Positions 29,264 to 39,884 of a stretch of DNA of 48,424 nucleotides are shown here, in pieces. This stretch comes from Actinomycetota bacterium (lineage in GTDB: Bacteria; Actinomycetota; Actinomycetes; S36-B12; UBA5976). The stretch spans positions 1 through 48,424 of the forward strand of contig JBJOKB010000062.1 of the NCBI GenBank assembly GCA_046046315.1, written 5' to 3'. Below the pieces are notes generated by a model that worked only from the letters and a program-made list of their open reading frames with translations, did not search any database and was not told the origin of the DNA. Within the stretch, counting starts at the first letter, position 1. Every line of letters begins with the position of its first letter. The position numbers and the translations under genes are program-made.

Positions 29264-29681
29264 CGCGTTCTTTGTGACGATATGGGTCTTCCCCGGCTGC
29301 ATATTTGCCAGCTTTTGCAATGTTATGTAGTTCTTGATCTCTTTCTTGAGCTGTTCTTAAAACTTCTGAAATGTGAATTGCATTTTCTGGAATAGCATCC
29401 AATAAGAATTGTAAAGATGGTGTGTGTCTAATTCCTAATGCTTTACCAACTTCACTTCTTAGCATTCCTTTGGCAGATTCTAATGCCGCTTTAGTGCTGG
29501 CAATTTTTTCTTCATCACCTAAAACTGTATAAAACACAGTTGCTTCTCTTAAGTCTCCTGTGACACGAACTTCGGTAATTGTTACAAAACCTAAACGGGG
29601 ATCTTTTACTCTGGTATCAAGCAGCAGGGCAACGGTTTCTTTTATTCGATCAGCGACTCTTCTGACTCTTGCTTGGCTCAT
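29238..29681 (-). CDS. rbfA: Ribosome-binding factor A
   Basis: 147 aa. RVADRIKE...DPRLGFVTITEVRVTGDLREATVFY is the typical RbfA KH-like fold. Confidence 0.9.
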   Translation of the reverse strand: MSQARVRRVADRIKETVALLLDTRVKDPRLGFVTITEVRVTGDLREATVFYTVLGDEEKIASTKAALESAKGMLRSEVGKALGIRHTPSLQFLLDAIPENAIHISEVLRTAQERDQELHNIAKAGKYAAGEDPYRHKERDESNKANS

Positions 29682-29687
29682 GATTAG

Positions 29688-32390
29688 TTAAGCGCGGGGC
29701 TTTTCGCGCAATTCGTAGGTTTCAATGATGTCTTCGACTTTGAGGTCATTAAATGCATCAAAGGAGATACCACCTTCAAAGCCTTCCTTCAATTCAGACA
29801 CATCATCTTTAAATCTTCTTAACGAAGCAATGCTTAGATTTTCAGTAATCATTTTTCCATCACGTAAAATACGAGCTTTTGATTTTCTAGTAATTAATCC
29901 ATCACGAATAATTACTCCAGCAATTGCTCCAACTTTGCTTGACTTAAACACTTCTCTAATTTCTGCTGAACCTAGACGCACTTCTTCATAAATTGGTTTG
30001 AGTTTGCCTTTAAGTGCTTTCTCAATATCTTCAATAGCCTGATAAATAATTGAGTAGTAACGAAGTTCTACGCCTTCTCGGTCGGCCATTTCTCGAGCAC
30101 CAGATTCTGCGCGAACGTTAAATCCGATGATGATTGCCTCAGATGCCACAGCTAAATCAACATCGCTGTTAACAATTGCACCAACTCCACGATGAATTAC
30201 ACGTAATTCAACATCTTCACCTACTTCTAGTTTCATTAATGAATCTTCTAGAGCTTCTACTGATCCTGAGACGTCACCTTTAATAATTAAGCGCAACTCT
30301 TGAGTTTCACCTTTCTTCAAGGTGTCAAGGACATCTTCCAACGTATGACGCTTCTTGCTTCTTGCAAGTTGCGCATTTCTATCACGAGCAGATCTTGCTT
30401 GCGCAATTTGTCTAGCGACTCGATCTTCATCAACAACTAGGAAAGTATCTCCGGCTCCTGGAACACTTGTTAAACCAAGAACTTGCACAGGAAATGCTGG
30501 TCCAGCACTTTCAACTGCTGTGCCTGTGTCATCCAACATTGCACGCACACGACCATGAGCATCTCCGACAACAATGGAATCTCCAGCTTTTAAAGTTCCG
30601 CGTTGTACTAAGACCGTTGCAACAGGACCGCGTCCTTTATCAAGATGAGCTTCAATTGCCACACCTTGTGCTTGTTGAGTTTCACTTGATCGAAGATCTA
30701 GAGCTGCGTCAGCTGTTAAAATAATTGATTCTAATAATTTATCGATACCAACACCAGATTTAGCTGAAACATCAACAAACATTGATGTACCACCATATTC
30801 TTCTGGTAGTAATCCGTATTCAGAAAGTTGTCCACGAACTTTATTGGGATCTGCGCCTTCTTTATCAACTTTGTTTACCGCAACAACAATTGGAACTTCT
30901 GCTGCCTGCGCATGATTTAGAGCTTCAATAGTTTGAGGTTTTACTCCATCATCTGCTGCAACAACTAATACTGCAATATCTGTAACTTTGGCACCGCGAG
31001 CACGCATTGCTGTGAAAGCTTCGTGACCTGGTGTATCGATAAAAGTAATCTTTCTGTCTTCACCTGAAACATTTGCAGATATTTGGTAGGCACCGATGTG
31101 CTGTGTAATTCCACCTGCTTCTCCACCTGCAACATTTGCAGAACGAATCGTGTCAAGTAACAAAGTTTTACCATGATCAACGTGACCCATAATTGTTACT
31201 ACCGGTGGTCGAATTACTAATTCACCTTCGTCTTCACCGAAAGAAACATCAAATGAATCAAGCAATTCACGATCTTCATCTTCAGGCGAAACCACTTGAA
31301 TATCAAAATTCAATTCCACACCTAAAACTTGTAACGTTTCATCCGGCAAAGATTGAGTAGCTGTTGCCATTTCACCTAAATGAAAAAGTGCAGTAACTAA
31401 ACTTGCAGGATTGGCGCCAATTTTTTCTCCCAGATCCATCAAAGAAGAACCACGACTTAAACGAATTGTTCTGCCATCACCTTTTGGTAATTGCACACCA
31501 CCAAGTTGTGGTGCTTCCATGAAATCTTCAAATTCTTGACGCTTTTCACGTTTTGATTTTGAACGTTTTTTGTTGGCCCCTCCTTGGCGACCAAATGCTC
31601 CGGCTGCGTTACCGCGGCCTCCTGCTCCACCGCGTTGTCCGGGACGACCCGATGGTTGAACTCCAGGCATGGCTGGAATACCACCTGGTCCAGCTGAGCG
31701 ATTAACGCCAAAACCTCCAGGACCTCCTGGTCCACGATTTGGTCCACCAGGTCTAGGTCCACCAAAATTTCCAGGACCACGATTAGGGCCACCAGGACCA
31801 CCAGGTCTTGGGCCACCAAAATTTCCGGGACCACGATTAGGGCCACCCGGTCTAGGACCTCCAGGACCACCAGGTCTTGGACCACCTGGACCACGATTAG
31901 GTCCACCAGGTCTAGAACCTCCAGGACCACCAGGTCTTGGACCACCTGGACCACCAGGTCCGGTTGGTCGACCCATAGGTCTTGGCATTCCAGTTGGATT
32001 TGTAGGTCTTGGTCCTGTTGGCTGACCGAAAGGATTGTTACCAGGGCGAGGTGCACCTGGACGAGGTGGCGGTGTTGGAGATCCAAAAGGGTTATTTCCA
32101 GGGCGAGGTGTAGCTGTACGAGGAGGCTGGGCAACTGGTGTTTGCGGAATTACTGGATTTTCAGAAACTGTTTCAACTGGTGCTTGGACTGGTTCAACTT
32201 TTTTTGCAGCAGGTTTTTTAGGTTTTGTTTCTTTCGCCGGCATCGCAGCTTTTAGGCGATTTGCGACAGGCAGTTCAATTGTGGAAGAGGCTGAACGAAC
32301 AAATTCGCCCATTTCTTGCAACTTGGCAAGGACGTCTTTGCTTTCGTAGCCAAGCTCTGAAGCGAGCTCATATACACGAATCTTGGACAA
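29688..32390 (-). CDS. infB: Translation initiation factor IF-2 (TTG start)
   Basis: 900 aa with a G domain ([17 protein letters not shown]) and a long Pro/Gly-rich N-terminal region. SD AGGAG lies 7 nt upstream of the TTG. Confidence 0.97.
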   Translation of the reverse strand: MSKIRVYELASELGYESKDVLAKLQEMGEFVRSASSTIELPVANRLKAAMPAKETKPKKPAAKKVEPVQAPVETVSENPVIPQTPVAQPPRTATPRPGNNPFGSPTPPPRPGAPRPGNNPFGQPTGPRPTNPTGMPRPMGRPTGPGGPGGPRPGGPGGSRPGGPNRGPGGPRPGGPGGPRPGGPNRGPGNFGGPRPGGPGGPNRGPGNFGGPRPGGPNRGPGGPGGFGVNRSAGPGGIPAMPGVQPSGRPGQRGGAGGRGNAAGAFGRQGGANKKRSKSKREKRQEFEDFMEAPQLGGVQLPKGDGRTIRLSRGSSLMDLGEKIGANPASLVTALFHLGEMATATQSLPDETLQVLGVELNFDIQVVSPEDEDRELLDSFDVSFGEDEGELVIRPPVVTIMGHVDHGKTLLLDTIRSANVAGGEAGGITQHIGAYQISANVSGEDRKITFIDTPGHEAFTAMRARGAKVTDIAVLVVAADDGVKPQTIEALNHAQAAEVPIVVAVNKVDKEGADPNKVRGQLSEYGLLPEEYGGTSMFVDVSAKSGVGIDKLLESIILTADAALDLRSSETQQAQGVAIEAHLDKGRGPVATVLVQRGTLKAGDSIVVGDAHGRVRAMLDDTGTAVESAGPAFPVQVLGLTSVPGAGDTFLVVDEDRVARQIAQARSARDRNAQLARSKKRHTLEDVLDTLKKGETQELRLIIKGDVSGSVEALEDSLMKLEVGEDVELRVIHRGVGAIVNSDVDLAVASEAIIIGFNVRAESGAREMADREGVELRYYSIIYQAIEDIEKALKGKLKPIYEEVRLGSAEIREVFKSSKVGAIAGVIIRDGLITRKSKARILRDGKMITENLSIASLRRFKDDVSELKEGFEGGISFDAFNDLKVEDIIETYELREKPRA
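31707..31970 (-). repeat. Imperfect in-frame tandem repeats (about 54-nt units) encoding [18 protein letters not shown]-type repeats in the IF-2 N-terminal region
   Basis: The peptide [10 protein letters not shown](P/S)[10 protein letters not shown](NF) recurs four to five times. The DNA shows repeated ccaccaaaatttcc(a/g)ggaccacgattagggccacc blocks. Confidence 0.8.
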
Positions 32391-32522
32391 CTAATTCTCC
32401 TGCCTTGACTAAGGACAGGGTTTAGTCCCGATCCTTAGGACACTAAAAGTAAAGCCTTCATTTCGAAGTGCTCATTTAGTGCTCATTGGGTTTTCTCCGT
32501 TGGGGAGTTGAAGTGACATCTC

Positions 32523-32786
32523 TTAGGGTACTTCACTGCTGAATTCTTTCAAGACTTGAGAGGTATCAAGCGTGCCGCTGAATTTGAGGGCTTTATGAAA
32601 AGCCTTTACCTTTATTGCCCAATTCAGACAATCAATCGATTTATGAAGGTTTGCCCCTCTTGAACCTAAAGACTTTTTTTGATCAATTATTAGCAAACCA
32701 TTTAATTGAATTATGCGGAGCAACCTTGTTTTTTCGTCTTTTTTATTGCACCCAACACAAGTTCTTATTACTATTTTGTCACTCAT
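32523..32786 (-). CDS. ylxR: YlxR-family (DUF448) RNA-binding protein
   Basis: 87 aa with RTCVGC...K..LLR near the N-terminus. It lies between nusA and infB and has an ATGA overlap with nusA. Confidence 0.85.
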   Translation of the reverse strand: MSDKIVIRTCVGCNKKDEKTRLLRIIQLNGLLIIDQKKSLGSRGANLHKSIDCLNWAIKVKAFHKALKFSGTLDTSQVLKEFSSEVP

Positions 32787-33775
32787 TCGACAATCGCACT
32801 TGAATTAGGTTTTGCATCAGATCGAATATCAATTTTCCAACCGGTTAATCGAGCGGCTAAACGAGCATTTTGTCCTTCTCTTCCAATTGCTAAAGAGAGT
32901 TGAAAATCAGGAACAATTACTTGGGCTGATCTTAATTCTTGATCAATAACCGTGACACTTGATACTTTGGCAGGTGATAAAGCATTTGCTATAAATACCA
33001 CTGGGTCAAGAGAAAAATCAACGATGTCAATTTTTTCTCCACCTAATTCACTCATTACATTTCTCACTCTTTGTCCCATAGGTCCAATGCAAGTTCCTTT
33101 TGGACTTATTTGGGAATCATGGCTTAAGACCGCAATTTTTGTTCTATGCCCTGATTCTCTAGCGACTGCCACAATTTCAACAACACCTTGCAAAACCTCA
33201 GGAGCTTCTAGTTCAAATAATCCTTTTACTAATCCTGGGTGAGTTCTAGACAAAGTTATTTGTGGACCTTTTTGCCCTTTGCGTACTGAAACGACAAAAC
33301 ATTTAATTCTTGAGCCATGTTCATAAATTTCACCTGGTACTTGCTCTTGCACCGGAATAAAACCTTCTACCCCTTCTGCAATTTTTACATCAATTAAAGA
33401 TGGATCTTTACCTTGTTGGATCACACCTGAAATAACCGTATTTTCACGTTTTAAAAAATCTTTAAACACCTGATCATCTTTAACATCGCGCATTTTTAAA
33501 AATAAAACTTGTTTAGCTGTTGCAGCAGCCACTCGAGCAAAATCGGCGGGAGTGTCATCAAATTCTCGTATAACTTTTCCTTCGGCGTCTAATTCAGTGA
33601 CTTTTACTTCAATATGACCCGTTACTCGATCCAACTTCACTTTTGCATTAGGACTTGAACCAGGATTTTTGTTATAAGCCGCAAGTAAAGCATCTTCAAT
33701 GGCGACTGCAACTCTTTCCCATTGCATTTCACGTTCTTTAACTAATTGCTTAAGAGCTTTAATATCAATGTCCAT
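32783..33775 (-). CDS. nusA: Transcription termination/antitermination factor NusA
   Basis: 330 aa with N-terminal domain, S1 and two KH domains (CIGPMGQRVRNVMSELGGEKIDIV, LAIGREGQNARLAARLTGWKIDI). Confidence 0.95.
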   Translation of the reverse strand: MDIDIKALKQLVKEREMQWERVAVAIEDALLAAYNKNPGSSPNAKVKLDRVTGHIEVKVTELDAEGKVIREFDDTPADFARVAAATAKQVLFLKMRDVKDDQVFKDFLKRENTVISGVIQQGKDPSLIDVKIAEGVEGFIPVQEQVPGEIYEHGSRIKCFVVSVRKGQKGPQITLSRTHPGLVKGLFELEAPEVLQGVVEIVAVARESGHRTKIAVLSHDSQISPKGTCIGPMGQRVRNVMSELGGEKIDIVDFSLDPVVFIANALSPAKVSSVTVIDQELRSAQVIVPDFQLSLAIGREGQNARLAARLTGWKIDIRSDAKPNSSAIVE

Positions 33776-34248
33776 TATTTATTACTTTTCTTAGGATTAA
33801 ATTCAACCTGAATAAAAGCTTTATCAATTTTATCAAAATTGATTGATCTATTTTTACCTTTGACTTCCAAAGAAACTTTCTCATCATCTGAATCAATAAT
33901 TCTGCCAATTTCAGAGTTTGATCCAAAATTAATTTTTACTAATCTTCCTTTGTTTCTTCTCCAATGACGAGGATGCGTCAATGCCCTATCTATTCCAGGC
34001 GAACCTACTTCAAGTGTGTAAGGTTTTTCGCCTAAGACATCTTGAGAATCTAGTGCCTCTGACATTTGATTTGATATTTGTGCCACTTCGTCTAAGTTAA
34101 TTCCTCCATCTTTATCTATAGAGACTTGAACAATTGAATGTTTTCCTGCAGATTTAAATTCTACATTTTCTAAATCAAGGCCCATTTTTAATGTAATTGG
34201 TTCTAAAATTTCAATAATTTGTTCACGCGTGGACATGGGCAACTCCAT
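33775..34248 (-). CDS. rimP: Ribosome maturation factor RimP
   Basis: 157 aa directly upstream of nusA. YTLEVGSPGIDRAL motif. Confidence 0.9.
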   Translation of the reverse strand: MELPMSTREQIIEILEPITLKMGLDLENVEFKSAGKHSIVQVSIDKDGGINLDEVAQISNQMSEALDSQDVLGEKPYTLEVGSPGIDRALTHPRHWRRNKGRLVKINFGSNSEIGRIIDSDDEKVSLEVKGKNRSINFDKIDKAFIQVEFNPKKSNK

Positions 34249-34325
34249 TGCGCTCAGGTATAACTGTTCAGTTGGGTCTTGCAGTTGTATAACTAGAGTA
34301 GCGCTAAATCATTATTGAATTACTT

Positions 34326-34877
34326 TTGAGTGCATTGGTCAATAGAATAAAGAAGACAAATTGGAAATGGGGCAACTTGCTTAATCGCAGAACGCTACTG
34401 GCCTCATCATCCGTCTTGGCATTAAGTGCTTGTTCGAGCACGTCTTTTTTGGGCTCAAAGCCCACTAAGGATGATTTATTGATCCAAGAATTTATTCAAA
34501 GAGAAACTGCGCTAGTTGATATCTATTTTGCGGGGATCAATCAGGAAAGAAGTTTTCGAACTCAACTTGAACAATTACGAGATCATCATTTGGTGCACTT
34601 AACACTTTGGTCCAAAGAAGTCTCTGCCACTCCAAATCCTTCCCCGACAGGTTTACAGGTAGCAAGTATCACTCAGCTGTTACTTGCAGAAGAAGAACAT
34701 TTAAATTTTTGCTTAAAATCGTGTTTAGAAACGAACAATGTAGAAATTTTACAAAACATTGGTCAAATTGCTTCTAGTATTTCCCAACATATTTATTGGT
34801 TAAACAAGATGATTACTCCAGCAACTCCAAAACCAAATGCTAGATACGAAGGCTCAGATATAGAAGGTGAACAATGA
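34326..34877 (+). CDS. Putative Tat-exported lipoprotein, ferritin-like/DUF4439-related, function unknown
   Basis: 183 aa with twin-arginine NRRTLLA followed by the lipobox LSAC. The mature part is helical, with RETALVDIY, LRDHHLVHL and AEEEHL segments. TTG start without a clear SD, so the start is uncertain. Confidence 0.55.
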   Translation: MSALVNRIKKTNWKWGNLLNRRTLLASSSVLALSACSSTSFLGSKPTKDDLLIQEFIQRETALVDIYFAGINQERSFRTQLEQLRDHHLVHLTLWSKEVSATPNPSPTGLQVASITQLLLAEEEHLNFCLKSCLETNNVEILQNIGQIASSISQHIYWLNKMITPATPKPNARYEGSDIEGEQ

Positions 34878-35326
34878 CAACCTCACCAAGTCCAACTTTT
34901 TCATCGGTCGAATCAGAGGAAGTAATTAAAAAATTAAATATGGCAGTTGAAGGAGAAAACGCTGCGGTTTGGGCATTTAGTTATCTTCTTTCATTTATTC
35001 CAGATGAAAATAAAGAGTATGCATTTTCAATTTTTAACTTACACCGAGACAACAGAGACAAATTAAGACTTAGATTAAGAAATCTAGGACTTACTCCCCC
35101 TCGACCAAAGGAAAATTATGAATTACCAATCGTTGTAAAAGATATGGTCACAGCTTATGAATTAGCAAGTTTCATTGAGAATCGGTTAATTGGCATCTAT
35201 ATTCAACTTTATGCAATAGAAAATGAGTCCCAAAGAGTTGAAACCTTGCAGTATGCCTTAGATGGAGCGATCAGAATATTAGATTTTAAACAAACTCCTA
35301 TTGCCCTTCCAGGAAGTATTGTTTAA
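34874..35326 (+). CDS. DUF4439 ferritin-like domain protein, no signal peptide
   Basis: 150 aa. AVEGENAAVWAFSY ... HRDNRDKLR ... PPRPKENYELP ... ELASFIENRL fits the DUF4439 pattern as I recall it. ATGA overlap with the upstream ORF. Confidence 0.7.
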   Translation: MTTSPSPTFSSVESEEVIKKLNMAVEGENAAVWAFSYLLSFIPDENKEYAFSIFNLHRDNRDKLRLRLRNLGLTPPRPKENYELPIVVKDMVTAYELASFIENRLIGIYIQLYAIENESQRVETLQYALDGAIRILDFKQTPIALPGSIV

Positions 35327-36084
35327 CCCCAAATTTTTAATGCAAGTCTCAGAGCACTTGCAAAAGCAACTGTTGCGACTATAACTTTTACAAAACTTGA
35401 ACCTTTACCAATTGCTGTTTTTGCACCAAAAATTCCTCCTGCAAAATTAGCTAGGGCCATCAAAAGAGCTAATGACCAAATGATTGAACCACTAATGGAA
35501 AAAATAATCACTGCACCAAAATTAGTGGCAAGATTGACAACTTTGGCCCCAGCGCTTGCGGCTAAATATTGTTTACCAAAAGCACCCACAAAAAGAGCGA
35601 TCAGGAAAGCTCCGGTACCAGGACCAAAGGCCCCATCATAAAAACCAATCGCAGCTCCACCCAAAACCACAACCAAATTATTCTTCAATTTTGTGGGAAT
35701 TTTTTCAGTTTGAAAATTGGGTGAAAATAAAATCCACGAACCAACAACAATGAGTACTACAAAAACAATTGGCTCAAAAGAACTTCTAGGTAAATTACTC
35801 GAAAATATCGCCCCAATCAATGACCCAAGGAAAGCAATAATTGCCATTGGGATTGTTGCTTTGACCTCATTAGGCATTTTTTTAAAATAAGTAGTTGTGG
35901 CACCAGCTGTACCAAAAATACTTGAAGCCTTATTTGTTCCTAATAATTGCGCTGGAGTTGCATTGGGTAATCCAAAAAGCAATGCTGGAAATTGAATTAA
36001 GCCCCCTCCACCACCTATAGCATCAACCCAGCCTGCAGTAAATGCTGCCAGCATTAGAAAAAATACAACTATTAAATCAGGCAT
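35323..36084 (-). CDS. TauE/SafE-family sulfite/anion exporter
   Basis: 253 aa polytopic membrane protein. GGGGLIQFPALL and repeated GxxxG-rich TM helices are typical of TauE/SafE (DUF81). Confidence 0.82.
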   Translation of the reverse strand: MPDLIVVFFLMLAAFTAGWVDAIGGGGGLIQFPALLFGLPNATPAQLLGTNKASSIFGTAGATTTYFKKMPNEVKATIPMAIIAFLGSLIGAIFSSNLPRSSFEPIVFVVLIVVGSWILFSPNFQTEKIPTKLKNNLVVVLGGAAIGFYDGAFGPGTGAFLIALFVGAFGKQYLAASAGAKVVNLATNFGAVIIFSISGSIIWSLALLMALANFAGGIFGAKTAIGKGSSFVKVIVATVAFASALRLALKIWG

Positions 36085-36088
36085 TTAA

Positions 36089-37852
36089 TTAAATTATGGA
36101 TTTTAAATGTGAAACAATTTTTGAAACTTCAATGTCTTGTCTTTCGCCAGTTTTACGATTTTTTACTTCAACTAGGCCTTCGCTTAATTTTTTACCAACC
36201 ACCACAATCCAAGGCATCCCTAATAATTCAGCATCATTAAATTTAACGCCTGGTGACACCGATTTTCGATCGTCGAACATTACTGATATACCTTCTGTAT
36301 CTAATTTTTGTGCAATATTCTCAGCTTCTTCAAAAATTGAATCCTCTTTACCAGCGGCAACAAGTTGAACATCAATAGGTGCAACGGATTTTGGCCAAAC
36401 AATTCCTTGCTCATCATGATTTTGCTCAATAATTGCTGCGACAGCCCTTGAAACTCCGATTCCATATGAACCCATTGTCACAACTTGAGATTTTCCATTT
36501 TCATCCAAAACTTTTAAATCTAGAGCTTGAGCATATTTTTTACCAAGTTGAAATATGTGACCAATTTCAATTCCTCGAGCAATTATTAATTTACCTTCAC
36601 AACTTGGACAAATATCTCCTTCTTTAATTTCTGCTGCTTCAATAAATCCATCGGAAGTAAAATCTCTGCCAGCAACCAAATCATAAATATGTTTTCCAGC
36701 AATATTTGAACCAGTAATCCATCGTGTTCCAGACACAATTCGAGGATCTACTAAGTATTTGATTTTGCTAGCTGACTTTAAACCTAAAACTTGTGGACCA
36801 ATATAGCCTCGAACTAATGCAGGATATTGTGGAAAATCCGTTTCTTCAAAAACTCTAACTGTTGCGGGAGATACAACTGCTTCAAGTCTTCGCATATCAA
36901 CTTCTCGATCCCCAGGTACTCCAACCACAAGAGGTTCATTTTTTCCATCTGGATTGGTTAGCATCACCACAACATTTTTTAAAGTATCTGCTGCAGTCCA
37001 ATCTCTATCTTCTCTTCTTAAATCTTTTCTTGAATTCGATAATTCGACTAATGATTCAATTGTTGGCGTATTTGGTGTTTCTTCAACGTGAGACTGTGGA
37101 ACTTGAGAAAAATCTAATTCTTTAGGTACTGGGGTTATAACTGCTTCAACATTTGCAGCGTACTCACATTTTTCACATTTAACATAAGTGTCTTCACCAA
37201 ATTCACATGGTGCTAAGAATTCTTCGCTCTTTGATCCACCCATTGCTCCAGACATTGCTGAAACAATCACAAAATCTAACCCTAATCTTTTAAAAGTTTT
37301 AATATAGGCATCACGATGTTTTTGATAAGAAATTTCTAAACCGTTTTGATCAAGATCAAAAGAATAAGCATCTTTCATAACAAATTCTCGACCTCTAAGA
37401 ATTCCAGCTCTTGGTCTTGCTTCATCACGGTATTTTGTTTGGATTTGATAAATTACCAAAGGTAAATCCTTATAAGAGCTATATAAATCCTTAACCATTA
37501 AAGTAAACATTTCTTCATGTGTTGGTCCAAGTAAATAATCAATACCTCTTCTGTCTTTTAGCCTAAAAAGATTTGGCCCATATTCAGTCCATCTGTTTGT
37601 TGCTTCGTATGGTTCTGTTGGCAACAATGCAGGAAAATGAACCTCTTGAAAACCCGCATGATTCATTTCTTCTCTAATTATTTCTTCTACCTTTCGGTAA
37701 GTTAAATACCCCAGTGGAAGCCAACTAAATACTCCTGGTGCAACTCTTCGAACATAGCCACCGCGAGTTAATAATTTGTCACTTGGCACAACTGCATCTG
37801 CAGGATCATCTCGCAGGGTGCGTAGAAAATAAGTAGACATTCGAAGCAACAT
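36089..37852 (-). CDS. proS: Proline--tRNA ligase (bacterial type with editing insertion)
   Basis: 587 aa with N-terminal [16 protein letters not shown], class II motifs and an INS editing domain. Confidence 0.96.
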   Translation of the reverse strand: MLLRMSTYFLRTLRDDPADAVVPSDKLLTRGGYVRRVAPGVFSWLPLGYLTYRKVEEIIREEMNHAGFQEVHFPALLPTEPYEATNRWTEYGPNLFRLKDRRGIDYLLGPTHEEMFTLMVKDLYSSYKDLPLVIYQIQTKYRDEARPRAGILRGREFVMKDAYSFDLDQNGLEISYQKHRDAYIKTFKRLGLDFVIVSAMSGAMGGSKSEEFLAPCEFGEDTYVKCEKCEYAANVEAVITPVPKELDFSQVPQSHVEETPNTPTIESLVELSNSRKDLRREDRDWTAADTLKNVVVMLTNPDGKNEPLVVGVPGDREVDMRRLEAVVSPATVRVFEETDFPQYPALVRGYIGPQVLGLKSASKIKYLVDPRIVSGTRWITGSNIAGKHIYDLVAGRDFTSDGFIEAAEIKEGDICPSCEGKLIIARGIEIGHIFQLGKKYAQALDLKVLDENGKSQVVTMGSYGIGVSRAVAAIIEQNHDEQGIVWPKSVAPIDVQLVAAGKEDSIFEEAENIAQKLDTEGISVMFDDRKSVSPGVKFNDAELLGMPWIVVVGKKLSEGLVEVKNRKTGERQDIEVSKIVSHLKSII

Positions 37853-37879
37853 GACAACAGCCTACTTCTTATTTAGAAA

Positions 37880-38695
37880 TTAGAAGAGAACCGTTGCAAA
37901 TGTGGAGTGTTCTTGAAAGCCGACAGATTTATAAACGGCACGAGCCCGTTCGTTGTAATCATTCACATACAAACTAACCATTGGCGCAAAATACTTTCGA
38001 GTTAAGTCAACGACTGCAGCCATTCCAGCTTTACCATAATTTCTGCCCCTTAAATGAGGAGGAACCCATACCCCTTGAATTTGGCAAACTTGTTCAGTCG
38101 CAACTCCAATTTCAGCTTTGAAAGTAACTTGCGATTTATCTATTCTGGCAAATATTTTTCTTTGCTGGATCAAGTCAGAAATTCTCGCTCTATAAATTTG
38201 TTCACTACTACCAACTACTGGAGAAATGCCCACCTCTTCTGTAAACATCGAAACGCAAGCCGGTAACACAACTTCTAAGTCTCTAGCTACAACAGGTTTT
38301 ACAAGTGGATCGGGTGAAAGAAGCGGAGCATCTTTTATAACCATAACTGGTTGATTGTCTCTAATTTCCCTTGGTTTATTCCAAAAAGGTTTAAGCAAAT
38401 TCCATAATTCTAATACCTGATCTTTATCACCAACAATTGATGAAGCTCGTCGGGGTGAATCAAGAAGATATTGAGCAAAAGCAACACTTGATTCATTGTT
38501 TGTTTCAAGTGGGATTATGTTTGCACCGTTATAAATTACTGACTCTATTCTGTTTTTATTTTCAAAGACACTTATTTCATTTTGAAATGACCAAGAATTA
38601 TTTATCAAATCGTTTAATCTACTTATTAAAAAACAATTACTAATCGGATCTTTGAGTGCAAGATTTCTTACCTGATCAATATCTGTGCGTAACAT
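37880..38695 (-). CDS. GNAT-family N-acetyltransferase with N-terminal DUF4081-like domain
   Basis: The track ORF extends to 38785 and would overlap ispG by 74 nt. The ATG at 38695 (MLRTDIDQVRNL...) leaves a 16-nt gap. C-terminal GNAT core (VWVPPHLRGRNYGKAGMAAVV, ARAVYKSVGF). Same position next to ispG as Rv2867c (recalled). Confidence 0.75.
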   Translation of the reverse strand: MLRTDIDQVRNLALKDPISNCFLISRLNDLINNSWSFQNEISVFENKNRIESVIYNGANIIPLETNNESSVAFAQYLLDSPRRASSIVGDKDQVLELWNLLKPFWNKPREIRDNQPVMVIKDAPLLSPDPLVKPVVARDLEVVLPACVSMFTEEVGISPVVGSSEQIYRARISDLIQQRKIFARIDKSQVTFKAEIGVATEQVCQIQGVWVPPHLRGRNYGKAGMAAVVDLTRKYFAPMVSLYVNDYNERARAVYKSVGFQEHSTFATVLF

Positions 38696-38711
38696 TGGAC
38701 GCACCTGTTTA

Positions 38712-39875
38712 TTATTTGACCAGTACCGTAGGTTCACCGGCCACACTTTCGCCCATGGATTCAGCGATTCGCGTTGCCTCTTCAATTAGTACCTGCACAA
38801 TTTCAGATTCTGGAACTGTCTTAATTACTTCGCCTTTAACAAAAATTTGACCTTTACCATTTCCTGATGCCACACCTAAATCCGCTTCGCGTGCTTCACC
38901 TGGACCATTTACAACACAGCCCATGACTGCAACTCGCATTGGAACTTTAAATCCTTGCAAAGCTGCTGTGACTTGTTCAGCCAATGTGTAAACATCAACT
39001 TGGGCTCGACCACAAGATGGGCAAGAAACAATTTCAAAACCTCGTTTTTTCAAATTCAAAGCTTCTAATATTGCGATTCCAACTTTTACTTCTTCAACAG
39101 GAGGTGCAGAAAGCGAAACACGAATAGTGTCGCCAATTCCTTTACTTAATAAAGCACCAAACGCAGTCGCAGACTTAATTGTTCCTTGAAACGCAGGTCC
39201 TGCTTCTGTTACACCTAGGTGAAGTGGATAGTCACAAGCAGCTGCAAGTTTTGTGTAAGCAGAAACCATCACAACGGGATCATTGTGTTTAACAGAAATT
39301 TTTATGTCTCGAAAATCATGTTCTTCAAACAAAGATGCTTCCCAAAGCGCAGATTCGACTAAAGCATCAGGAGTTGCTTTACCGTACTTTTCAAGCAATC
39401 TTTTATCTAAAGATCCAGCATTAACCCCAATTCTAATTGGAATACCTGCATCTTTAGCAGCTTTAGCAATTTCTCCAACGCGATCATCAAATTGTTTTAT
39501 ATTTCCTGGATTGACTCGAACCCCTGCACATCCGGCATCAATTGCTGCAAAAACATATTTTGGTTGAAAATGAATATCCGCAATTACCGGAATTGGAGAT
39601 TTTTTTGCAATGGCAGACAATGCATCGGCATCATCTTGACTTGGAACAGCAACTCGAACTGCTTGACAGCCAGCTGCATTTAATTCTGCGATTTGTTGCA
39701 AAGTTGAATTAACATCCGCTGTGAGTGTGGTGCACATAGATTGAACAGAAACTGGCGCATCCCCGCCAATTTCTAATGGATGAGAATGATGCTTCAAAGT
39801 AATTTTTCGACTTTTGCGACGTGGAGCTAAAACCGGTGGTGGTCCTTCAGGAATTCCCAGGTTGATCGCGGTCAT
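38712..39875 (-). CDS. ispG: 4-hydroxy-3-methylbut-2-en-1-yl diphosphate synthase
   Basis: 387 aa. IspG/GcpE sequence throughout, with C-terminal Cys ligands (SCPSCGR ... GCVVNGPGE). Confidence 0.95.
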   Translation of the reverse strand: MTAINLGIPEGPPPVLAPRRKSRKITLKHHSHPLEIGGDAPVSVQSMCTTLTADVNSTLQQIAELNAAGCQAVRVAVPSQDDADALSAIAKKSPIPVIADIHFQPKYVFAAIDAGCAGVRVNPGNIKQFDDRVGEIAKAAKDAGIPIRIGVNAGSLDKRLLEKYGKATPDALVESALWEASLFEEHDFRDIKISVKHNDPVVMVSAYTKLAAACDYPLHLGVTEAGPAFQGTIKSATAFGALLSKGIGDTIRVSLSAPPVEEVKVGIAILEALNLKKRGFEIVSCPSCGRAQVDVYTLAEQVTAALQGFKVPMRVAVMGCVVNGPGEAREADLGVASGNGKGQIFVKGEVIKTVPESEIVQVLIEEATRIAESMGESVAGEPTVLVK

Positions 39876-39884
39876 AAATTAATC

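Noticed and set aside
31457-32134. 225-aa minus-strand ORF in an alternative frame of infB, and a 118-aa plus-strand ORF (31669..32025) rich in PPGP/GLGPP
   Set aside because: Both lie entirely inside the Pro/Gly codon repeat of IF-2. CCN/GGN repeats are stop-free in several frames. The products are pure low complexity and IF-2 is the obvious real frame.
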